From a virus: 34,035 bases of DNA. Under the pieces are notes generated by a model. That model had not been told where the DNA came from, did not search any database, and saw only the letters and a program-made list of their open reading frames with translations. Within the stretch, counting starts at the first letter, position 1, and each line of letters begins with the position of its first letter. Where the stretch lies: positions 1 to 34,035 of IMG/VR virus record IMGVR_UViG_3300037461_001127. One strand, 5' to 3'. Below, piece after piece: positions 13,712 to 20,443 of the stretch. Made by a program: the position numbers and the translations under genes.

Positions 13712-13924
13712 CTACTCGGAGCTGCCGACGCCGTACTGCTTGATGAACGGCGCCAGGTAGTTGGTCGCCCACATCCCGACACCGGCGATGACAGCGGTGA
13801 TGATGGTCTTGTACGCCTCGGCGTCGAGACTGAACACGTTCCACTGGTAGTTCGCGAGCGCCCCGAGCAGAGCCCAGAGCGCGACCACGAGCAGGGTCCA
13901 GAGCATGCGCTTGTATCCGGTCAT
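13712..13924 (-). CDS. Holin-like small membrane protein (two TM segments)
   Basis: MTGYKRMLWTLLVVALWALLGALANY...KTIITAVIAGVGMWATNYLAPFI. ATGA overlap with the upstream gene. The function is a guess from topology. Confidence 0.45.
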   Translation of the reverse strand: MTGYKRMLWTLLVVALWALLGALANYQWNVFSLDAEAYKTIITAVIAGVGMWATNYLAPFIKQYGVGSSE

Positions 13925-14103
13925 TGCTTCACCTCCTCTCGTTTCGAGATCTCGGACGCCAGCACGCGCCAGCGCCCCCGAACGAGCTTGCCGCGCAGGC
14001 GCCCCTCGCGCAGGGCGCGGCGCACGGTCCCGGGCCTCTCGCCGGTGAGCGCGCACCACTCGGGCACGCGCAGGTAACGCCTCCCTGCGAGCCGCCCCGT
14101 CAC
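13921..14103 (-). CDS. Excisionase-like HTH_17-type DNA-binding protein
   Basis: RYLRVPEWCALTGERPGTVRRALREGRLRGKLVRGRWRV, 60 aa, GTG start. Confidence 0.6.
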   Translation of the reverse strand: MTGRLAGRRYLRVPEWCALTGERPGTVRRALREGRLRGKLVRGRWRVLASEISKREEVKQ

Positions 14104-14137
14104 GCTGCTGCCCCCAGTTCGACGTGAATGACGTTCA

Positions 14138-14788
14138 TCAGAACAGCACCCCCGCGAAGTCCATTGGATGCTTGGCAGACTTGCTCTGGTTACACGCGGG
14201 GCACGCGACCACGAGGTTCTCGGGGCCGTTGGAACCTCCGAGCGCGAGCGGGATCACGTGGTCAACGTGGTAGCCCCTGCCGACCTTCTCGCCGCACCAG
14301 TAGCAGTGGCCATGCTGGCGGAGGTACTGCGCGGCCACGTCGTCGGCGCTGTGGTCGCCGCCGGCGTTGCGCTTTCTCGCCGAACGTCGCCGCGAGTTCG
14401 CCGCCACCATCTCAGGGTGCTCAGCCTGCCATCTCCTCATGTCCTCCGCGCGCTTCTCCCTGTGCGTCGCACGGTAGGCGCGCTGGTAGGCGAGCTTCTC
14501 CTCGCGATGCTCTCGATAGTAGCGAGCGTCTCGTTCAGCGAACCTCTCCCTGTTCGCCAGGTAGTTCCTCCGATGACGCTCGGCCTCTAGTCCGGGGTGT
14601 GCCAGCCGCCGCTCCCTCGCGCGCTCGGCAAGTTCCCTCGCGTGCGACTGTCGATATTCGAGATTCGCGATGGCGACGCACGTCTTGCAGCGAGCGCGGA
14701 GACCGTGTTTCGAGTTCGGGTGCGGATAGAAGAACTCGCGCGTCGCCGGGAGTTCGGCCCCGCACCTGGTGCAAGTGATCGTCAGCAT
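14138..14788 (-). CDS. HNH endonuclease
   Basis: The C-terminal CYWCG...YHVDHVIPLALGGSNGPENLVVACPACNQSK is a classic HNH motif. There is an N-terminal zinc ribbon (CTRCG...CKTC) and an Arg/Glu-rich repeat region. Confidence 0.9.
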   Translation of the reverse strand: MLTITCTRCGAELPATREFFYPHPNSKHGLRARCKTCVAIANLEYRQSHARELAERARERRLAHPGLEAERHRRNYLANRERFAERDARYYREHREEKLAYQRAYRATHREKRAEDMRRWQAEHPEMVAANSRRRSARKRNAGGDHSADDVAAQYLRQHGHCYWCGEKVGRGYHVDHVIPLALGGSNGPENLVVACPACNQSKSAKHPMDFAGVLF

Positions 14789-15321
14789 CCAAATCTCGCG
14801 GCGATGTAGGCGGCCACGCGGGCGCGCGTCTCGTGCCCGGTGAGCGATTCGATGCGGTGCACGATCTCGCCGATCACGCGCAGCTCGAGGTCGTGCGCGT
14901 CGGGCAGTGCCGAGAGACCCGCGGGAGGCGGCGCGGCGGGGAGAGAGGATGCCGCCTTTGCCGCCTCCTTCGCGGGCTGCTCCTGGGAGGGTTCAGGAGC
15001 AGGCGACGTGGGGCCGACGTCGCCGATCGCGAGACGGACGCCATGTCGCTTGGAGAACTCGACCGGCTCGCCCGCCTCGGCGAGGATGTGCGCGTGGTAG
15101 AGGATGCTGGAGCGGTGCATGAAGAGCTCTTCGGCGAGCTCCTTGGCGCTCACCCATTCGCCGCCGCGGCGCTTGAGCGCCGCCAGGACGCGCTGGTTGG
15201 TCACGTCAGGGTCTCCTCTCTTGCGGTCGCAGGGGCTGCACCGGGGCCCGGGGTTGTCGTGTGCAAGGACGCAGCTGCAGTCGTCGCAGCGGCGCTCGTT
15301 GGCGGTCGCGACGGCGCTCAC
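14782..15321 (-). CDS. Zn-ribbon plus winged-helix DNA-binding protein (paralog of 3343..3747)
   Basis: ERRCDDCSCVLAHDNPGPRCSPCDRKR, then an ArsR-like wHTH (SILYHAHILAEAG). The GTG start forms a GTGA overlap with the 30-aa ORF. Confidence 0.6.
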   Translation of the reverse strand: MSAVATANERRCDDCSCVLAHDNPGPRCSPCDRKRGDPDVTNQRVLAALKRRGGEWVSAKELAEELFMHRSSILYHAHILAEAGEPVEFSKRHGVRLAIGDVGPTSPAPEPSQEQPAKEAAKAASSLPAAPPPAGLSALPDAHDLELRVIGEIVHRIESLTGHETRARVAAYIAARFGC

Positions 15322-15410
15322 AGGAGCAGCCCGTAGACGGCGAGGAAGACGACCATGGCGACCAGGCCAGCGAAGGCCAGCGCGACCGCCCAGGGCGGCA
15401 GGCCGGTCAT
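15318..15410 (-). CDS. 30-aa hydrophobic micro-protein
   Basis: Hand translation is MTGLPPWAVALAFAGLVAMVVFLAVYGLLL. ATGA overlap with the upstream stop and GTGA overlap with the downstream start. All codons end in G/C. Confidence 0.55.
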   Translation of the reverse strand: MTGLPPWAVALAFAGLVAMVVFLAVYGLLL

Positions 15411-16447
15411 GCCGGCGCCCCGAGCCCGTAGAGCTCGCGGTCGTGGGCCAGCACGCTGTCGCGGGCGAAGTACGTCACCGGGTCGTCGCCCATGTGCTTC
15501 GGCGAGTTGACGACGACGGTGCCCTTGCCGATCTCCTGGATGAACGAGTCGGCGAAGCGGCAGTCGCGGACTTCCCAGCCGTGCGCCCAGAAGCGGTCGG
15601 GCACGGCCGCGCGTTCCTCAGCGGTGCCGTTCGTCGAGACGCCGTCCGGGTACTTCGGGGTCCCGTCCGGATTGCGCGTCGTCGTGAGGAGCCAGCTACG
15701 CGCGTTGTCGCACAGATCGAAGGAGGCGAGGCTGGTCTGTCCCACAAAATCGCACTCGATGAGGTGCAGCGTGACCTCGCCGGGGATGCCCATGCCGTGC
15801 GTGATCGGCGACCAGTCGAACTCGTGATTCGTTGTCGAGCCCGGACGCGGCCCGCCGGTCCCGTGCTCGGGCGGCGAGGGCTGCGCGAGCAGGCCGACGC
15901 GCTGGGGGCCGAACTGTCCAGCGGCGTTGCGCACGCCGAAGGTGCAGGACTGCCATGTCAGGTCATGCAGCTCGCCGCCGCCCTCGCGCTGGTCGTTCCA
16001 CATCTCGAAGAGGCAGCAACCCTCGCGGGAGAACTCGAACTCGCAGCCCGCCCAGAGCACGTCGTGGAAGTCGCCCTTGCTCTTCAGGACCGGGCTCGAC
16101 CAGTAGGTGTAGTCGCAGGCGTGCCAGACGCGCTCGTTGCCCGGAGCTCGAAAGCGCACGTTGCGGAACGCGGTCTCGTGCGAACCGGGGCGGAACGAGT
16201 GCGATCCGCCTGACGCGGAGCGGCCGGCGGTGAGGCCGTGGACGACCGCGCCACTGCCGACCGAGAGCGCCGCCTCGATGATGGTCTGTCCGATGCCGGC
16301 CCCGTAGAGGCGCGCGCCGTCGGGCAGCTTCAGCGTCGAGGTGGATGACGTGTAGCGACCCGCCAGCAGTCGCAGAGGTTTGCCGGTAGCGAGCGCCGCC
16401 GCAAGTCCGCCCCCGGGCGGGACGGTGATGATGCGGCGCTTGGCCAT
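15407..16447 (-). CDS. Right-handed beta-helix-like protein (putative polysaccharide depolymerase/lyase) in the lysis region
   Basis: The N-terminal IITVPPGGGLAAALATGKPLRLLAGRYTSST...LPDGARLYGAGIGQTII is typical of pectate-lyase-fold proteins. ATG 16447 has GGGGG 6 nt upstream. The function is inferred only. Confidence 0.45.
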   Translation of the reverse strand: MAKRRIITVPPGGGLAAALATGKPLRLLAGRYTSSTSTLKLPDGARLYGAGIGQTIIEAALSVGSGAVVHGLTAGRSASGGSHSFRPGSHETAFRNVRFRAPGNERVWHACDYTYWSSPVLKSKGDFHDVLWAGCEFEFSREGCCLFEMWNDQREGGGELHDLTWQSCTFGVRNAAGQFGPQRVGLLAQPSPPEHGTGGPRPGSTTNHEFDWSPITHGMGIPGEVTLHLIECDFVGQTSLASFDLCDNARSWLLTTTRNPDGTPKYPDGVSTNGTAEERAAVPDRFWAHGWEVRDCRFADSFIQEIGKGTVVVNSPKHMGDDPVTYFARDSVLAHDRELYGLGAPA

Positions 16448-16462
16448 CACAACCCCCAGCAC

Positions 16463-16978
16463 CTAGTAGGTGACCCATGGTCGCCATCCGCTGCCGCGCC
16501 AGAGCTTGAGCCCGCAGGCGAGGTTGCGGCGTGCGTCGAACGGATCGAAGCGGCCGCGGTAGTGGCAGGGGGCGAGCTGCAGAAGGCCGGCGCAGCCGGA
16601 GCCCGAGTTGTACGCGCGGGGGTCGCCGCGAGACTCGGCGCGGATGATGCGGCCGAGGGTCCACAGCTCACCAGCAGGCCATCCGGCGCGGATCGCGTCG
16701 TCTGCCCAGCGGCCGACTCGGCTTCCGTAGGCCCGAGTCCACCGCCGTACCCAGCGAGCCTCATAGCGTTCCTCGCGCTCGCGAGCCGCGGCGCGTCGGG
16801 CAGCGGCTGCGGCAGCGGCGCGGGCCTCGGCCTTCGCCTCAAGCGCCTCAGCGTACGTGTCGCCGCGGCTGCCGCAGTGAGCAGCGCGAGCAGGGCCGGG
16901 ATCCACGAGACCAAGAGCGGGCGGCGAAAGAGCCGCGGCGACGAGCACTGCGATGACCAGGCGAGGGACATCTCGCAT
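16463..16978 (-). CDS. Secreted lytic transglycosylase (SLT-type) lysin
   Basis: The N-terminal hydrophobic signal is MRDVPRLVIAVLVAAALSPPALG. The catalytic-type AES...GCAGLLQL pattern resembles family-1 SLT domains. GGGGGAGG lies before the ATG. Confidence 0.7.
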   Translation of the reverse strand: MRDVPRLVIAVLVAAALSPPALGLVDPGPARAAHCGSRGDTYAEALEAKAEARAAAAAAARRAAAREREERYEARWVRRWTRAYGSRVGRWADDAIRAGWPAGELWTLGRIIRAESRGDPRAYNSGSGCAGLLQLAPCHYRGRFDPFDARRNLACGLKLWRGSGWRPWVTY

Positions 16979-17004
16979 GCCTCCCCCTTGTTTGCCTACA
17001 GGGC

Positions 17005-17047
17005 GGGGCGCGGTCCTGGCTGCGGGCCAGCCGATGGACCGCGCCCC
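17005..17047. promoter_or_regulatory. Strong G/C hairpin between the 28-nt element and the lysin start (leader structure or terminator)
   Basis: GGGGCGCGGTCC (17005..17016) pairs perfectly with GGACCGCGCCCC (17036..17047). The 19-nt loop can itself pair (ggctg/cagcc). There is no U-tract on either strand. Confidence 0.5.
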
Positions 17048-17083
17048 TGTCAGCGAGAGGGGGTACCTTCGTGACGCCCCGAG

Positions 17084-17111
17084 GCTAGGCGATGCCGAGG
17101 ACGCCTCGTGC
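17084..17111 (-). promoter_or_regulatory. Copy B of the conserved 28-nt element (candidate late promoter or operator)
   Basis: gctaggcgatgccgaggacgcctcgtgc is 25/28 identical to 3748..3775. On the minus strand it ends in TAGCCT (TAnnnT). It is flanked by the inverted 7-mers gctaggc and gcctagc. Confidence 0.45.
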
Positions 17112-17149
17112 CTAGCGCCACGCCTCGTGGACGAGCTGGTTCGTGAGCG

Positions 17150-17338
17150 TCAGGCGCGCGGGTAGGCGGAGTGGCGGGCGGTGTAGAGCACGCAGTCGAC
17201 GACGACGTCGGGCAGAGGCACCGTCCGACGCCTGTCGACCTGGGCGGCGACGAACTGGCGCAGCTCGCGCAGGAAGGGGGCGCAGTCGCTCTCGGCGGCG
17301 CAGAGCCGGCAGGGCCGGGTGACGCGGACCTCGGCCAC
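17150..17338 (-). CDS. Hypothetical Cys-containing small protein
   Basis: GTG 17338 lies 4 nt after the upstream stop, with GGAGG 10 nt upstream. The track start TTG 17365 overlaps the lysin gene by 23 nt. The start is uncertain. Confidence 0.45.
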   Translation of the reverse strand: MAEVRVTRPCRLCAAESDCAPFLRELRQFVAAQVDRRRTVPLPDVVVDCVLYTARHSAYPRA

Positions 17339-17342
17339 CGGC

Positions 17343-17999
17343 CTAGCGCCTCCGGTAGCGGTCAACGCGAATCACCGTGTGCGCCTGGCTGAACGGCCGC
17401 CATGCCTCGCGCACGGCATCGGACTCGTTGGCGCCGATGGTGGTCAGGCGCTTGAGCACGCCGAGGTTGCCGGTCACGACGGCGATGTGGTCCGGCGTTG
17501 CGTCCGTGCCCGGCCAGTTGATGCAGACAAAGTCGCCCTTGCGCGCCAGCACCTTGGCGATGGCCCGGCCCGTCTTGCGCGCCCACTCAGCCCACGACGG
17601 CACCCAGCCGAGCAGCTTCGGCAGGTCGCCCCGGTAGCCCGCCTTGTGCAGGAGGAAGACGCAGAAGGCAGCGCAATAGGCGGTCGGGAACGTGATGCCG
17701 GCGGCGGCAAGGTACTGTTTGATGCGCGGTCCCCAGTTCGGCGACGTCTCGGCGACCCCGACTTCCTGCCGCGCCAGGGCCGCGATCCGGTGGCGGAACT
17801 GCGCCGGGAACAGCGCGTCCATGGTGCGCCGGTCGAACTCGCCGGTCGGCCCGATGCCGACAAACTTCTGGTAGGTCTTGAGCGTGGTGACGCAGGGCTT
17901 CCCGACCTTGTTCGTGCGCCAGCGGAAGCCCTTGGCGATGGGCAGGCGGTTGGCCCGGCAGCGGCGGTAGAGGCGGTACTTCATGCGGCGGACGGTCAT
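17343..17999 (-). CDS. Endolysin: peptidoglycan-binding domain plus CHAP/NlpC-P60-like cysteine peptidase
   Basis: TLKTYQKFVGIGPTGEFDRRTMDALF resembles PG_binding_1. PTAYCAAFCVF (Cys), PDHIAVV (His) and TIGANES fit a papain-like amidase/peptidase pattern. AAGGAGG lies 5 nt before the ATG. Confidence 0.75.
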   Translation of the reverse strand: MTVRRMKYRLYRRCRANRLPIAKGFRWRTNKVGKPCVTTLKTYQKFVGIGPTGEFDRRTMDALFPAQFRHRIAALARQEVGVAETSPNWGPRIKQYLAAAGITFPTAYCAAFCVFLLHKAGYRGDLPKLLGWVPSWAEWARKTGRAIAKVLARKGDFVCINWPGTDATPDHIAVVTGNLGVLKRLTTIGANESDAVREAWRPFSQAHTVIRVDRYRRR

Positions 18000-18009
18000 G
18001 GGTCCCTCC

Positions 18010-18507
18010 TTACGGCGCGCCGAAGAACAGGTAGCTCACGAGCATGACGATGGCCGCGGTGATGATGCTGATCAGCACGTTGGTCACCTTGGACCCGACG
18101 TTCCACATCACCCAGACGCGACGGTCGCCCGTGTAGTCGGTCTCTTCGGGGTCGCCTTCGCGGCGCGGCATGCGGTGCTCCTCGCTCATGTGGGCCTCGT
18201 GGCGGACACTGTGCTCCGAGGTGATGAGGTCACGCACGCGGCGCTCGCAGGTCGTCGCCTGCTCGTGGCGCCATTTCTCAAGCACGGTGATGCGCTCGTC
18301 GCGCAGCAGGGCTTCGGCGCAGTGGCTTTCGAGTATCGTCACGGTCTCGTTATGGCGCTCTTTCGAGGAGGCGATGATGCGCTGCTCGCGGGCGATGGCG
18401 TCCTCGTCGATGGCGAGCGCGAGTTCGACAGCGTCGGTCGCTGTCAGCGCGTGGCCGTTGCGGTTGGTCACCCACTGGCGGACCTTGCTCTCTGCGTTGT
18501 CGGTCAC
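18010..18507 (-). CDS. C-terminally membrane-anchored protein at the head of the lysis cassette (holin or lysis accessory candidate)
   Basis: GTG 18507 with GGAGA upstream. It has a charged helical N-terminal part and the C-terminal TM segment VTNVLISIITAAIVMLVSYLFFG. The 368-aa track ORF extension overlaps the tail gene and is rejected. Confidence 0.5.
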   Translation of the reverse strand: MTDNAESKVRQWVTNRNGHALTATDAVELALAIDEDAIAREQRIIASSKERHNETVTILESHCAEALLRDERITVLEKWRHEQATTCERRVRDLITSEHSVRHEAHMSEEHRMPRREGDPEETDYTGDRRVWVMWNVGSKVTNVLISIITAAIVMLVSYLFFGAP

Positions 18508-18535
18508 GCTGGTCTCCAGTTGTCGCGTTTGTGGG

Positions 18536-20443
18536 TCACCGGCGCCGCCTGCGAGGGGCTCGATAGCTCGTCCCGCTCCCGCTGCCGATGCGCTCGCGAG
18601 GAGAGCTGACGTGCGGCCGCGCCCGGGCGGTGATGCGCGCCACGAAGTCGCGACGGTCCTCGCCGACTCCGAGCGTCGCCACTCCGCCATCGACGCCCAT
18701 CTCAAAGCTCGTGATGAGGAGCCGCGTCGTCGCGCCGAGAGCGGACTCCATGTTGCTCTCACCCACGTAGTCTCCAGCCCGCACGTAGGCGAGGTTCTTG
18801 GTCCCGCCGCCGCGCTTCGGGATGGTCGGGGTGGCGATGGTGATGCTCCCCGCGTAGGCGTTCGCGCCGAGCCAGGCGATGATCTGGTCGCCGATGGCCT
18901 CGGCCTGCTGCGTCTCCAGCAGCAGGCCAGCCCAGTCCTCCCACACGTCGATGAAGTAGCTGGCGTCGGTCCAGTCGCCGGTGAAGGCCCCGCTTGTGCC
19001 ACGGTAGACGGAGCGCACGGTCCCGTCGGAGTAGGCGCTCGTGCCGCCGTCAACGTCGCGGAACTGGTAGAGCACCTTGACTGCGTCCGGGGTGTCCTCC
19101 GCCTGCTTGCGCACATCGAAGTCGATGCCCGGGGAGCTGGCGTTGATGAGGTAGTCGTTCGCGGCGTCTGGCGTAGCGCGCTCTTTGCAGTAGAAGGTCG
19201 GTACGCCGGACACGTCCCAGTATCCGTAGTCGAGGGGGTCGACGTTCGTCGCCACCAGGTCCTCGATGCCGTCGGCCCGTGAGGTGTGCGGCCGCAGCCT
19301 GAGGCCCCAGTTCGAGTTGCCGATGCCGCCCGGCTGCGCGCTGCTCCACGTCGTGAGACCGGTGGCCAGGGCGGTGTCGAACACGGCGAAATCGACGTAG
19401 GGGCCGTTGAAGTAGTACCCGCTTCCCGGGCCGACGCCGGTCACTGCATCGACCTTGAAGGCGGTGTTGTCGCCGGCGGTGACCGTATGCCAGCCGTCAT
19501 AGTTGGCGTCCGTGTTGCAGATGAAGATGCGGTCGCCGATCTTGAGGTCAATGCCGCCCACCGGGGTGATGGTCCCGTCTGCGGCGATGGTGTCGATCTG
19601 GTCGCGGTAGGGGACCATGGTCGACGACAGGACCGCGATCTTGCTCAGAGAGATGTAGCGGTCCTGCCCCATGCCAGACACCGCGTTCGTGAATGCGCCG
19701 AGCTTCAACCTCAGAGCCTTCGCGCCGGACGTCCCCGTGACTGGGATGTAGAACGCAGTCCCCGTCCACTCGGCCAGGTCGTACCAGGTCTCCTCGTCGG
19801 CGAATGACCCGAACGGGGAGTCCGAGGACGACAGGCTGGCGCGCCAGTTCACGGTCGGCGTCGCCATGTCGAGGGTGCGCCCAGCGCTGATGCCGATGAT
19901 GCCGAGGATGTCGATGTCCGGGTCGCCCATGCCTTCGTCGAGCCAGTAATAGAGGCTCTTGCTGGATCCCGCCTTGAGGCTCTGACCATCTTCCAGGCGT
20001 ATCTCGACCTTGCCCTCGGTGTTGACTATCCACGGTCCACCGGTCTCGCGCTCGAACCACTTGCTCGTGTCGTCGTCGGCCCATGTCTTGCAGAAGTCCT
20101 TGCGCAGCCCCGCCCTCCACCAGAGTCCGGCCGCCGTCACCTCGTAGTACGCCTGCCCGTCCTCGATGACGGCCCTGCTCAGGTCGTTGGTGATCGTCCC
20201 CTGGAAGAGCGTTACCGGAGTGGAGCCGTGCGCGATGACGACCGCGTCCCCCTTCGCCATCGTGTGCCCGTCGCGAACGTAGGCCACGTAGGGTGACGAC
20301 GCCTCGATGCGGAAGGTGCACTCGCCGAAGCCCCCCGGGTTGGTGTTGCTGTAGCTGAGTCCGGGGAGCAGAGCGGCGGTGAAGTCGTGGCCTCCGACGG
20401 TGACCGAGAGCGTGCCGTCGAAGAGGGGGTTGGTCTCGGTCAT
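18536..20443 (-). CDS. Minor tail protein (distal tail or host-recognition module)
   Basis: 635 aa with ATGA overlap with the preceding tail gene. It is the last gene of the tail block and is beta-rich, with no enzymatic motif recognised. Confidence 0.65.
   Translation of the reverse strand: MTETNPLFDGTLSVTVGGHDFTAALLPGLSYSNTNPGGFGECTFRIEASSPYVAYVRDGHTMAKGDAVVIAHGSTPVTLFQGTITNDLSRAVIEDGQAYYEVTAAGLWWRAGLRKDFCKTWADDDTSKWFERETGGPWIVNTEGKVEIRLEDGQSLKAGSSKSLYYWLDEGMGDPDIDILGIIGISAGRTLDMATPTVNWRASLSSSDSPFGSFADEETWYDLAEWTGTAFYIPVTGTSGAKALRLKLGAFTNAVSGMGQDRYISLSKIAVLSSTMVPYRDQIDTIAADGTITPVGGIDLKIGDRIFICNTDANYDGWHTVTAGDNTAFKVDAVTGVGPGSGYYFNGPYVDFAVFDTALATGLTTWSSAQPGGIGNSNWGLRLRPHTSRADGIEDLVATNVDPLDYGYWDVSGVPTFYCKERATPDAANDYLINASSPGIDFDVRKQAEDTPDAVKVLYQFRDVDGGTSAYSDGTVRSVYRGTSGAFTGDWTDASYFIDVWEDWAGLLLETQQAEAIGDQIIAWLGANAYAGSITIATPTIPKRGGGTKNLAYVRAGDYVGESNMESALGATTRLLITSFEMGVDGGVATLGVGEDRRDFVARITARARPHVSSPRERIGSGSGTSYRAPRRRRR

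Noticed and set aside
13931-13960. Palindrome cgagatctcg, considered as a plus-strand terminator for the lipoprotein transcript.
   Set aside because: It is a zero-loop palindrome inside a coding region with no T-tract, which is not a convincing terminator.
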